A stretch of DNA of 29,040 nucleotides from an uncultured Eubacteriales bacterium (GCA_900556575.1 USPO01000001.1:1-29040); one strand, 5' to 3'; counted from the stretch's first letter, positions 17,997 to 27,170 are shown. Numbers and translations are program-made. Notes: a model not told the origin generated them from the letters alone.

Positions 17997-18605
17997 TTAT
18001 ATAGTCCTTACCTTTTCTATAAATTCTCTAATTTTATTTTCGTCTTTAAAACCGTCTGTTTCAACTGCAGATGATACATCCACACATTCCGGCTTAAATT
18101 GATTAATTCTTTCAATTACGTTTTCTGTATTTAAACCGCCTGCCAATATTATAGGCTGCTTTGTTCGTATCTTGCCAAGCTCCGAGCTGTCAAATGTCTC
18201 TCCCGTTCCTCCGGCTGTATTTGCATCATATTTATCCAGCAATATTCTGTCCGCATATTTAATCTCCGGAATATCCATTCCTCCACGAACCCGAATTGCT
18301 TTCCACACTTCACACGGAGCATTTAGTTCTTGTATATAATTCTCATCCTCATCACCATGAAGCTGCACAACATCAAGACCTATAAACTTTATACATTTTC
18401 TCACATCTTCAAGAGGTGTATTTACAAAAACACCGACCTTTTTTATATTCTTATCAAGGTTCCTGCAAATTTTCTCCGCAGTTTCCGGCTCAACCGTCCT
18501 TTTATATCCCTTGGCAAGTATCATTCCAATATAATCGGGCTTGTATTTATTAACCGCCTCTATATCCTCAATGCGTCTTATTCCGCATATTTTTATCTTT
18601 ATCAT
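17997..18605 (-). CDS. trpF: Phosphoribosylanthranilate isomerase
   Basis: KIKICGI, VGVFVN, VVQLHGDE, GGTGETFD, LAGGL, VDVSSAVE; ATG 18605 lies just past the trpC stop. Confidence 0.95.
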   Translation of the reverse strand: MIKIKICGIRRIEDIEAVNKYKPDYIGMILAKGYKRTVEPETAEKICRNLDKNIKKVGVFVNTPLEDVRKCIKFIGLDVVQLHGDEDENYIQELNAPCEVWKAIRVRGGMDIPEIKYADRILLDKYDANTAGGTGETFDSSELGKIRTKQPIILAGGLNTENVIERINQFKPECVDVSSAVETDGFKDENKIREFIEKVRTI

Positions 18606-18606
18606 T

Positions 18607-19386
18607 TTACTCACCGTATCGCAAAGTATTTACCGCTGCCGGAATATCTGTCTGACGCATGAATGCTTCTCCTATCAAAGCTGCATCATAACCCAATGAA
18701 CGAAGATATTCAAAATCATCATGTGTTCTTATCGCACTTTCGGCAACTTTTAGTGCTGTTTTCGGAATTAACGGCAAAAGCTTTTCACAGGTAGTAATAT
18801 CTTCTTCAAATGTCTGAAGATTTCGATTATTTACACCTATAATTCTGCCGTATTCAACCGCTCTTTTTACTTCCTCTTCATTATGAGTTTCCACAAGTAC
18901 ATCAAGCTGAAGTTCATTAGCCAATGCATGGAATTTTCTATATTCGGCATCTGTAAGTGCCGCCATTATAAGCAAAATAGCATCTGCTCCATGCAGTTTT
19001 GCCTCATATATCATATATTCATCAACCGTAAAATCCTTTCGGAGAACCGGTATATTATATTCTTTCTTTACATCATCAATAAATTCAAGCTTTCCATTGA
19101 AATATTCCGGCTCTGTCAGTATTGACATTGCTTGAATATTCGACTCCGAATATTGTTTCGCAATCATTAAATGATTAAAATCCGGTCTTATAAGTCCCTT
19201 TGAAGGCGATGCCTTTTTTATTTCGGCTATAATTGAAACATCATCTACCGACTTCAAGCCTTCCGCAAATGCACCCTTTTTTAATTCTGTTTTTTCCAGC
19301 TGTTTTAACAGTTCCTTAGGCGGTAAAAGTTCTTTTGCTTCCTCAACTCTTTTTTTAGCCGAAGCAATTAATTTATCCAATATCAT
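18607..19386 (-). CDS. trpC: Indole-3-glycerol phosphate synthase
   Basis: IIAEIKKASPSKG, SILTEPEYFNG, PVLRKDF, IIGVNNRNL; ATGA overlap with trpD stop. Confidence 0.97.
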   Translation of the reverse strand: MILDKLIASAKKRVEEAKELLPPKELLKQLEKTELKKGAFAEGLKSVDDVSIIAEIKKASPSKGLIRPDFNHLMIAKQYSESNIQAMSILTEPEYFNGKLEFIDDVKKEYNIPVLRKDFTVDEYMIYEAKLHGADAILLIMAALTDAEYRKFHALANELQLDVLVETHNEEEVKRAVEYGRIIGVNNRNLQTFEEDITTCEKLLPLIPKTALKVAESAIRTHDDFEYLRSLGYDAALIGEAFMRQTDIPAAVNTLRYGE

Positions 19387-20405
19387 TCGTTACCTCCGAA
19401 GTTGTTTGTTTTTTCTATAAGTGCATTAAGTTTTTCCATTGCTTTTCCGCTGTCAATTGCTTTTTCGGCTAACTTTACACCTTCCGCAATTGAATTTGCT
19501 TTTCCTCCGATATAAATTCCGCAGGCTGCATTCAACACAGCAATATCTCTCTGCGGACCTTTCTTTCCGCTTAAAATATCTCGTGTAATCTGAGCATTTT
19601 CCTCACCCGTTCCTCCTGCTAAATCTTCCTTTGAAGAATACGGAATATCATAATCAGACGGATCTATGTAATATTCTATTATTTTTCCATTCTTGATTTC
19701 ATTCACATATGTTTTGGTCGTTGTGGTTACTTCGTCCATCTTATCCATGCCATATACTACAAGTGCATTTTTTGTACCCATTGCAAGTAAAGCCTTTGCC
19801 ATTACATTACAAAAGTCCTTATCAAATACACCTATAACTTGTCTTTTAGCATTTGAAGGATTTGAAAGCGGTCCTAAAATATTAAAAATAGTTCTTATTC
19901 CTATTTCCTTTCTTACCGGTGCTGCAAATCGCATAGCCGCAAAAAACTTCTGTGCATTCATAAAGCCTAAGCCTATTTCATTTACACATTCAAGAGTCTG
20001 CTCCGGTGTAAGCATGATATTTACCCCCAAGCCTTCAAGGCAATCGGACGCACCGCTTTTTGAAGATGACGCACGATTTCCGTGCTTAGCAACGGGCACA
20101 CCTGCCGCCGCACATATGAACATTGAAGTTGTTGAAATATTAAACGAATTTGAGCCGTCACCACCGGTGCCGACAAAATCAATATAATCTCCCTTATCAG
20201 GAGTAATGCTTGCTCCCTGCGACTTCATACCCTCGCATGAGCCTACAATCTCATCTATAGTTTCACCCTTGATACTCAAGGCTGTTAAATAAGCCGCTGC
20301 CTGAGCCTGTGTAGCTGTTCCGGAAAGTATTTCCTTGATAGCCTGTGCTGCTTCTTCACGGGTTAAATCCTGTCCGCCGGCAGCTTTTTTAATTAATTCT
20401 TTCAT
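19383..20405 (-). CDS. trpD: Anthranilate phosphoribosyltransferase
   Basis: DFVGTGGDG, FNISTT, AKHGNRASSSKSGASD, RTIFNILGPL; start ATG 20405 follows GGAGGT. Confidence 0.97.
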   Translation of the reverse strand: MKELIKKAAGGQDLTREEAAQAIKEILSGTATQAQAAAYLTALSIKGETIDEIVGSCEGMKSQGASITPDKGDYIDFVGTGGDGSNSFNISTTSMFICAAAGVPVAKHGNRASSSKSGASDCLEGLGVNIMLTPEQTLECVNEIGLGFMNAQKFFAAMRFAAPVRKEIGIRTIFNILGPLSNPSNAKRQVIGVFDKDFCNVMAKALLAMGTKNALVVYGMDKMDEVTTTTKTYVNEIKNGKIIEYYIDPSDYDIPYSSKEDLAGGTGEENAQITRDILSGKKGPQRDIAVLNAACGIYIGGKANSIAEGVKLAEKAIDSGKAMEKLNALIEKTNNFGGNE

Positions 20406-20410
20406 AATAA

Positions 20411-20497
20411 ACCTCCGTAAGCAGAGGTACTCCTCTAATCTCTGCTCTTCTATTCTAATCTCATCTAATCTCATAGTATACACCTATGTATATACTA
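20411..20497 (-). promoter_or_regulatory. trp leader RNA: 5' stem-loop, nine (G/U)AG repeats (TRAP-binding site) and SD-sequestering hairpin
   Basis: mRNA reads GAG-AU-UAG-AU-GAG-AU-UAG-AA-UAG-AA-GAG-CA-GAG-AU-UAG-AG-GAG (20472-20430), then ACCUCUG-CUUA-CGGAGGU hairpin (20428-20411). Confidence 0.85.
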
Positions 20498-20502
20498 ATT
20501 AC

Positions 20503-20531
20503 ATTATACCATGTACATTATGATTTGTCAA
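20503..20531 (-). promoter_or_regulatory. Consensus SigA promoter of the trp operon
   Basis: TTGACA (20531-20526), 17-nt spacer, TATAAT (20508-20503), extended -10. Confidence 0.85.
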
Positions 20532-20568
20532 CTTAAAATTATGGTATTTTTCGGTTTTAATCACCTCA

Positions 20569-20787
20569 TCAATCCTTTTTCTTTAAGCTTCTTTCAAGTG
20601 CCAAATTATATTCCGCTTCTGTGTAACCTAAATTAATAATGAACGACTCCGGTGAACCTACATCTATTAATTTATATAGTATTCCTATTCTTCCTTCTTC
20701 TCTCCCTTCTTCTCTTCCTTCTTCTCTTCCTTCTTCTCTTCCTTTATTTATACCTCTTTGTTCAATGTAATCACTGTAGTTGCACAT
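20569..20787 (-). CDS. Putative in-frame internal small protein (RpnS-like antitoxin, 72 aa)
   Basis: AAGGAGG lies 8 nt upstream of an in-frame ATG (MCNYSDY...). Confidence 0.55.
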   Translation of the reverse strand: MCNYSDYIEQRGINKGREEGREEGREEGREEGRIGILYKLIDVGSPESFIINLGYTEAEYNLALERSLKKKD

Positions 20788-21564
20788 AACTTCTGCCTCC
20801 TTTTCCATTTCCTCTGTCATTTTTACTTTATATTTATTTCTCAGGATATCTTTTCTATTCTTATGAGAAAGTGTTTTGGAAAATAACACATTTAACATCC
20901 CCAGCAATTCATCATCTGTTTCTTCATTTCCTAAACATATATATATTATTTCTGAAAGATTATATTTGGTATAATCTTTCGCATTTCCATATACATTTTC
21001 TTTTCCTAACTTATATACTGATATTGTATTTCTATCTTCTTTCGCCGGATCGAAACATATCCATATACTATATACCTTTTTTAGATTCTCATAATGCCCG
21101 TTAGAAAATTCTAATCCATATTGACGGCTCAAGAGTCTTCCTGAATAATACTGCCCTCTTTTATAGAGTCTTGGCGGGAAATAATCTTTTTGCCCCTCAA
21201 TATTAAATATTATTGTTATATTTTCCTTTGTTATTGGGTTCAATGCATCAAGCAGTGAATCAAATCTTACAGTGCCCTCAAGATTTGAAGAATGTTCAAC
21301 ATTCAGACCTCTGATTTCCTGCTGATAATCATCCGATTTGTTTTCATAATCATGAACATTTACTTCCGAAATTAAAGGCTCATGCTGTATGCATTTTTTT
21401 ACTTCTTCATGATTTAATGACTTATACTCCCTGCATACATGATTAATTATATATGATGCAATTTCTATATTTCCAAACAATTTCTTGCAGGCATTATCAC
21501 ATATCATTTTTGCCGTATCCAAGCTGTCAATTACATTCCCAAGAATATTCTGATTTTCCTCCAC
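20569..21564 (-). CDS. Rpn-like PD-(D/E)XK nuclease-family protein (often annotated putative transposase)
   Basis: DNACKKLF, VRFDSL..IFNIEGQK (D..ExQ core), RGQYYSGRLLSRQ, KKVYSIWIC, C-terminal GREE repeats. Confidence 0.8.
   Translation of the reverse strand: MEENQNILGNVIDSLDTAKMICDNACKKLFGNIEIASYIINHVCREYKSLNHEEVKKCIQHEPLISEVNVHDYENKSDDYQQEIRGLNVEHSSNLEGTVRFDSLLDALNPITKENITIIFNIEGQKDYFPPRLYKRGQYYSGRLLSRQYGLEFSNGHYENLKKVYSIWICFDPAKEDRNTISVYKLGKENVYGNAKDYTKYNLSEIIYICLGNEETDDELLGMLNVLFSKTLSHKNRKDILRNKYKVKMTEEMEKEAEVMCNYSDYIEQRGINKGREEGREEGREEGREEGRIGILYKLIDVGSPESFIINLGYTEAEYNLALERSLKKKD
20689..20742 (-). repeat. 12-bp tandem repeat (4.5 copies of GGAAGAGAAGAA, encoding GREE)
   Basis: Directly visible; coding repeat typical of Rpn C-termini. 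Confidence 0.9.
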
Positions 21565-21593
21565 ATAATCATCCTTTCACGTGTTATACTTAT

Positions 21594-21622
21594 ATTATAC
21601 CATTCATTTAATCATATTGCAA
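21594..21622 (-). promoter_or_regulatory. SigA promoter for the Rpn-like gene
   Basis: TTGCAA, 17-nt spacer, TATAAT with TG extension. Confidence 0.7.
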
Positions 21623-21647
21623 TGGTATAAATAAATATTTTTATATT

Positions 21648-21677
21648 AAAAAAAGAGGGACGATAAATCGTCCCTCT
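21648..21677 (-). terminator. Intrinsic terminator of the S-layer gene
   Basis: AGAGGGACGAT-A-A-ATCGTCCCTCT stem with an A-run on + (U-tract on -). Confidence 0.9.
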
Positions 21678-21718
21678 CTAAGTATACTAATTAATAACTG
21701 TTACAATGTAACCAGAAA

Positions 21719-24700
21719 TCAACCATCGATATCGTCATCCGGAGTGATAACTACGATTTCAGCGATATCTCCATCAACAACCTTAGCGATTGCAAAGTTT
21801 GCATTACCAAAGTCTCTGTTTGAAGCTGACTCAATTGTCTTCTGCTCTGCTGTGAAGTCTACAACACCTGAGTTCTTATCTCTGTTCTCATATGAGTCAT
21901 AATCAAAGTTAGCACTTCTTACGATAGCTGATGTAGCTGAATATACTCTGTTAGTAACCTTGTTTGTAGCATAGTCATAACCAACAACAACTGCATCTGA
22001 TGCTAAATCATATGACTTAGCGCTTAATGTTGCGAACTTGTCGATTGTTCCGCATCTACCGCCGTTAGCTGTAAGCTGATCCTTAGTAGCTAATGAAACT
22101 GATCCGTTTGAAACATCTACAATGAAGCCTGAAATAAGCTTGTTGTTTGTCTTATCAGCCTGACCGAATACCTTATCATCACTGAATTCGCTAGCTGTCT
22201 TTGAATCTACAACATCAAACTCATTCTTTACTGCATTAGCATATAACTCTCTGTATGTGCTCGGTAACTCAGCAACTACCTTAACATCCTCAACTTCATT
22301 ATCTGAATTTGTCTTATAGAAGAATACATCTCCTGTTGAGAAGCTATCTGTTGAAATACCATCTGTCGGAAGAGTCTTTAACTCGCCATTTACATATGCA
22401 ACGATTGCATCATTATCACCGTTATCTGTTGAAATGCTGTTTGTCTGAACATATACGCCCCAGTTGCTTTCAACAGTGTAACCGCCAATACCTGACTTAA
22501 TGATTACAAACTGATATTCCTTATTTGATGATGTTGACTTACCAAATGCATAACCTGTGTAAGTTGTATCTGACTTTAAGTCTGAAATAGCAACCTTTGA
22601 ATATGACTTGCTTTCGTCCATGCTGTAATCTGAAAGGTCAAGAATTGCTGAATAACCCTCTGATAACTGCTTACCATCAAGTCTGCCATTAGCTGTCTTG
22701 TAATCACCATCGAATGAATCACCTGTTACAGCAGTCTTATTATTGCTATCCTTAAATCTTAATTCACCCTTTGTAGTAGTTGTGTACTCAATTACACGAT
22801 TTTCCGGAGCCTTTCTGTTTGCAAGCTTCTCTGATGTATCGAACTTTGACTCATCTTCCATAAGAACACTTACGAATGCTGAATAATCTTCGCTCTTAAC
22901 CTGGTATGCCTGCTTTGAACCATCTGCTGTGATTACGTCAACATAGTAGTCTGCACCACCGTTTGTTGTGTAAACGTTCTCTAAGATAGCATACTTCTTT
23001 GATGAAACTGACTCATCAACCTTAGCAATCTTACCAAATGCATCAAGGTATAATGTATATGTTGTACCGCTCTTAAGTGAAGCTGCACCGTCATAAGCAA
23101 TCTTATAAACATCACCGCTGTCTAATGTATACTCTACATCTGTCGGATTTGAATCATTTGATACTGATGTTACTCTACCTTCAACTGTGTTACGGCTGAT
23201 ATAGATATCATATGAATCTGAGTTAGAATATCCATCAATTACATCATAAGCAATTGAAAGAACATCGCCTTCCTTAATCTCTGAATAGTCTACCTTGTTA
23301 CCATCTAAGTATACATTGTAGTCCTTATCGTCATCGTCTAAGTCTAATGTAAGTGTACCGCTCTTAATGTTGTTATCAGCTGAATCGAAGTAAACCTTAA
23401 GCTCATCTGACTTTGTAACAACTTCATCTACAACACCTGTAGCATAGAATGAAACCATAACGTAGTCATACTTACCATCTGCTGATGACTTACCTTCCTG
23501 TGTAGCATCGATAAGTGTTAATGTACCTACATTGTTTTCTGTAATGAATGACTCCTCAAATAAAGAATCAATACCCTTTGAGTATTCCTTACCGTTTACA
23601 TATACCTTTACATCCTCAGCTAACTTGTATGTATCATACTTTGACTGGTTAGCATCCTTGTAAATCTGGAGCTGACGCTCTGTACCCGGAACGAGCTGCT
23701 TAATATCTGAAACTTCCTTCTCAACCTTCTCTGAAGTACCATACGGGGTTAATGAAACGAGTGTGTACTCATCATTTGAATCCTTCTGGATAATAGCCTG
23801 TGCATATGTGAAGAGATATGAATCTGCATCATTGATTGCACCCTTCTTCATCTTTACATTATCAGCTGAGTCATTCTTAGCAGCGTTTAAGCTGTAGCCA
23901 TCCCAGTTGTCTGACTTCTCAACATTAAATGTGATATCCTCAGCATCTGATGTAGCACCCGACTTAAATGTACCGTCGATACGACCATATACTAAGTATG
24001 CATCATGAGCGTAGTTTAATAAGTTCTGGTAACCGTCCTTAGTACCGTCTAAGTCACCTGTACCGTCCTTAGCAATTACCATCGGCTGTCCTAATGCGTT
24101 TGTACCTGCAACAGCAATCGGAGCCTTAATAGCATTATCGATAAGGATTGCAACCTGAGCTCTGTTAAGCTGCTGGTCATTGTTAACACCTGTGATACCG
24201 CTTGTTAAACCTAAGCTGATACCATACTTTAAGTAACCTGACGGCCATCCGCCATCTCTCTCAGCTAATGTTGAGTAACCTAAAGCAGCTACTAACATCT
24301 TTACAGCCTGAGCATATGTTACGTTATCTTCCGGACCAAATGTTGTTGCACTGTAACCATTGATAAAGCTCTGTGCAGCTGATGTTGTAGCTACTGATAT
24401 ATATCCAGCAGCCCAGTGGCTTCCCGGAACGTCTGTGAACTGTGTATCCTTACCTGCAGCAGCATCAGCAGCGTTTGATACTGTGTTACCTAAAGCTGTA
24501 ACAACCATCTTTGCGATCTGTGCTCTTGTTACGTTTTCTTCCGGCTTAAATGTACCGTCATCATAACCGTTAATTACGTTTAAAGCTGATAACTCATTAA
24601 CAGCCTGATAGTAGTTAGCTGTATTCGGAACGTCCGGATAATCAGCAGCAAATGCTGCAACGCCTGTAGCTGAAACAGCTAATGCAGAAGCCGCAGAAAT

Positions 24701-24724
24701 TACTTTCTTGAGATTCTTATTCAT
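21719..24724 (-). CDS. S-layer protein with N-terminal SLH domains (1001 aa), likely the major surface layer protein
   Basis: ATG 24724 follows GGGAGG; signal peptide; SLH motifs YPDVP, INGYDDGTFKPEENVTRAQ, FTDVPGSHWAAGYI, FGPEDNVTYAQ, LNRAQVA; acidic composition with strongly biased codons. Confidence 0.92.
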   Translation of the reverse strand: MNKNLKKVISAASALAVSATGVAAFAADYPDVPNTANYYQAVNELSALNVINGYDDGTFKPEENVTRAQIAKMVVTALGNTVSNAADAAAGKDTQFTDVPGSHWAAGYISVATTSAAQSFINGYSATTFGPEDNVTYAQAVKMLVAALGYSTLAERDGGWPSGYLKYGISLGLTSGITGVNNDQQLNRAQVAILIDNAIKAPIAVAGTNALGQPMVIAKDGTGDLDGTKDGYQNLLNYAHDAYLVYGRIDGTFKSGATSDAEDITFNVEKSDNWDGYSLNAAKNDSADNVKMKKGAINDADSYLFTYAQAIIQKDSNDEYTLVSLTPYGTSEKVEKEVSDIKQLVPGTERQLQIYKDANQSKYDTYKLAEDVKVYVNGKEYSKGIDSLFEESFITENNVGTLTLIDATQEGKSSADGKYDYVMVSFYATGVVDEVVTKSDELKVYFDSADNNIKSGTLTLDLDDDDKDYNVYLDGNKVDYSEIKEGDVLSIAYDVIDGYSNSDSYDIYISRNTVEGRVTSVSNDSNPTDVEYTLDSGDVYKIAYDGAASLKSGTTYTLYLDAFGKIAKVDESVSSKKYAILENVYTTNGGADYYVDVITADGSKQAYQVKSEDYSAFVSVLMEDESKFDTSEKLANRKAPENRVIEYTTTTKGELRFKDSNNKTAVTGDSFDGDYKTANGRLDGKQLSEGYSAILDLSDYSMDESKSYSKVAISDLKSDTTYTGYAFGKSTSSNKEYQFVIIKSGIGGYTVESNWGVYVQTNSISTDNGDNDAIVAYVNGELKTLPTDGISTDSFSTGDVFFYKTNSDNEVEDVKVVAELPSTYRELYANAVKNEFDVVDSKTASEFSDDKVFGQADKTNNKLISGFIVDVSNGSVSLATKDQLTANGGRCGTIDKFATLSAKSYDLASDAVVVGYDYATNKVTNRVYSATSAIVRSANFDYDSYENRDKNSGVVDFTAEQKTIESASNRDFGNANFAIAKVVDGDIAEIVVITPDDDIDG

Positions 24725-24962
24725 TGTCTCAAATCCTCCCTTTAATGTTCGTCTAATGAAGGGCTTATATCTGAATTTTAAAACCTCGGTCAGGCTCCCT
24801 TCTTTGCCAAAACCCAGGAACACTTAAGCCTGTCCGCCATGCAAGCGACGCAAAAGCCTATGTGTCTCTGTAAAATCAATTTACCTGCTTTGATTTTACA
24901 GGATATTACGGTAACGGTCTGATTCAATGCTTCTACCCAAATATCATAAACCGCTACTCTAT

Positions 24963-24991
24963 ATTTTACTACCTAAAACGGATATTGTCAA
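24963..24991 (-). promoter_or_regulatory. SigA promoter of the S-layer gene (about 230-nt 5' UTR)
   Basis: TTGACA (24991-24986), 17-nt spacer, TAAAAT (24968-24963). Confidence 0.7.
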
Positions 24992-25289
24992 CACTTTTTT
25001 TCTTCCAATTTGAAAAACAAAAATTTTTATTCATTTTAAACAAAATGGCCGCAACAGAAGCAAAATGTAATATGCAATATTTTTTCACCGTTTTGGTTTA
25101 CATTATATTAGACGTGCGGTTTCAAAAAAAGTTCCGTATTTTTAAAAATTTTTTGATTTTTTTTATTTTTATGAAAATAGGTCCGTATATACGGTGAAAT
25201 TTTATTTTAAAACCCTTGTTTTTTTTCGGTGATACAGTATTATATGCTTACATAAAATTTATTCTAGAAGAATTTTTTATTGCCTTAAC

Positions 25290-25336
25290 AAACAGGTGAT
25301 GCGGCAAAGATCTGTTTTGTCGCATCACCTGTTTTT
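25290..25336 (-). terminator. Terminator-like hairpin after dapB
   Basis: AAAACAGGTGATGCG..CGCATCACCTGTTTT inverted repeat. Confidence 0.75.
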
Positions 25337-25342
25337 ATATTA

Positions 25343-26101
25343 TTATAAATCCGAAAACAAATCGTTCATTTCATACATTCCGGCATCCTTGCCTACAATA
25401 AACTTAGCTGCCTTTACAGCGCCTACAGCAAAAACTTCTTTGCTTGCGGCATGATGGTTCAACTCTATTACTTCATCATTTCCCGCAAATATGATTTCAT
25501 GATCTCCAACTATTGTTCCGCCTCTTACGGCACTTATTCCTATTTCTGTTTTCTTTCTCTTTCTTCTTACAGCATGACGGTCATATACATACTCTGCCGG
25601 CTCGCTTAATGTATCATTGATAGCATCCGCAATTGCAAGTGCAGTTCCCGAAGGTGCATCTATCTTCTGATTATGATGCCTTTCTACAATTTCAATATCG
25701 AAATTGCCCTCCAAAATCTTTACTGCTTTCTTTGCAAGGCTAATTAAAAGATTTATTCCAAGGCTCATATTTGCCGAAAAGAATACCGGTATTTCAGATG
25801 ATGCAGCTGTAAACTCCTCCTTCTGCTCCGGTGAAAGTCCTGTTGTACAAATTATTATAGGGAGTTTTCTTGCCTTACAGAAGTTTAAAATTCCGGTCAG
25901 GCTTGACGGGTGTGAAAAATCAATCACAACATCTGCCTCACCCTTGTAATCCTCCGGATTTGAATATACCGGATATGTGCTGAGCTGTGCTTCGTTGATA
26001 TCAAAGCCTGCCACTATTTCTGCATCGCTGTCTTCTGATACAAGACGTGTAATTACTTGTCCCATCTTGCCGTTACAGCCGTTCATTATAATTTTTGTCA
26101 T
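25343..26101 (-). CDS. dapB: 4-hydroxy-tetrahydrodipicolinate reductase
   Basis: GCNGKMG, IDFSHP, EIVERHHNQKIDAPSGTA, RGGTIVGDH; start ATG 26101. Confidence 0.97.
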   Translation of the reverse strand: MTKIIMNGCNGKMGQVITRLVSEDSDAEIVAGFDINEAQLSTYPVYSNPEDYKGEADVVIDFSHPSSLTGILNFCKARKLPIIICTTGLSPEQKEEFTAASSEIPVFFSANMSLGINLLISLAKKAVKILEGNFDIEIVERHHNQKIDAPSGTALAIADAINDTLSEPAEYVYDRHAVRRKRKKTEIGISAVRGGTIVGDHEIIFAGNDEVIELNHHAASKEVFAVGAVKAAKFIVGKDAGMYEMNDLFSDL

Positions 26102-26276
26102 AGTTTTCCTCTTTCCTTTTTCACTTAAAATCCACACAATGCTCCTGCTTTTCTTGAAAAAACAAGTTTTGCGACAGATTTAAATCTGCTCTTAGATTAT
26201 ACGTCTATACATAAATTGCAAATATCGCCGCACAAGCTATACAGCAATATTTGCAATCATTTTATTTAATTTTTTA

Positions 26277-27170
26277 TTATTCAGCAAGCTTTAAGCCGGC
26301 ATTTATCATTGCCTGCTTTAAAGTTTCCTTGTTCTTTTCTTCCATTTCGCATAACGGAAGTCTGAGATTTCCGGCATTGTAACCAAGCATATTCATAGCA
26401 GTTTTTACCGGAATAGGATTAACCTCAATAAAAAGCTTATTAATCAAATCAAGATACTTTAACTGCATAGCAGTTGCCTCGGCTGTATTTCCCGCAAAAT
26501 AATTTGCACACATTTCATGTGTTTCTTTCGGCATAACGTTCGACAATACACTGATTACACCCTTTCCTCCGAGTGAAAGAATAGGAACTATCATATCATC
26601 ATTTCCCGAATATATATATAAATCCGGTACTTCCGCAGCTACTTTTGCTGTGTATGAAATATTTCCCGATGCTTCCTTTATAGCTACAATATTTTCAATC
26701 TTTGAAAGCTCTTTCAGTGTGTCAATCGCAAAGCTTACTCCTGTTCTTGACGGAACATTATATAAAATAACCGGAATTGAGATTGCATTTGCAATCGCTG
26801 TAAAGTGGGCAATAAGTCCTTTCTGTGATGCCTTATTATAATACGGTGTTACAGATAAGATAGCATCCGCACCCAATTCTTCAGCCTTCTTTGAAAGTTC
26901 AATTGCGTGTGCCGTATCATTCGAGCCTGTTCCCGCAATTACCGGAATTCTCTTTGCTGTCTTTTTAACAGCATATTCGATTGCCGCAAGATGCTCTGCA
27001 TCCGGCATTGTTGATGCCTCGCCTGTTGTTCCGCAGATAACAATTGCATCTGTTCCGCCGGCAATCTGATCTTCTATTATTCTGCCCAGCTCATCATAAT
27101 TAGTCTTGTTTCCGTCAAACGGAGTAATAATCGCAACTCCGGCTCCGGTAAAAGGTAATGTCTTTGCCAT
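26277..27170 (-). CDS. dapA: 4-hydroxy-tetrahydrodipicolinate synthase
   Basis: GTTGE, AGTGSNDT, VTPYYNK, LYNVPSRTG, AIKEASG, NPIPVK. Confidence 0.97.
   Translation of the reverse strand: MAKTLPFTGAGVAIITPFDGNKTNYDELGRIIEDQIAGGTDAIVICGTTGEASTMPDAEHLAAIEYAVKKTAKRIPVIAGTGSNDTAHAIELSKKAEELGADAILSVTPYYNKASQKGLIAHFTAIANAISIPVILYNVPSRTGVSFAIDTLKELSKIENIVAIKEASGNISYTAKVAAEVPDLYIYSGNDDMIVPILSLGGKGVISVLSNVMPKETHEMCANYFAGNTAEATAMQLKYLDLINKLFIEVNPIPVKTAMNMLGYNAGNLRLPLCEMEEKNKETLKQAMINAGLKLAE

Noticed and set aside
20406..20500. T-box or Trp-codon leader peptide upstream of trpD
   Set aside because: Leader is too short, with no T-box UGGNACC motif, no terminator and no Trp-codon peptide.
20569..21564. 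Active IS element
   Set aside because: No terminal inverted repeats, target duplication or DDE/HUH motifs; the 'transposase' label for this family is not supported here.
21701..21711. TTACAATGTAA palindrome as a BlaI operator
   Set aside because: Spacing is 1 nt rather than 2, and it lies in a 3' UTR far from any relevant promoter.
24985..25197. 70-aa + strand ORF in the AT-rich gap
   Set aside because: TTG start, no RBS, and a Phe/Lys-rich composition typical of non-coding poly-A/T DNA.
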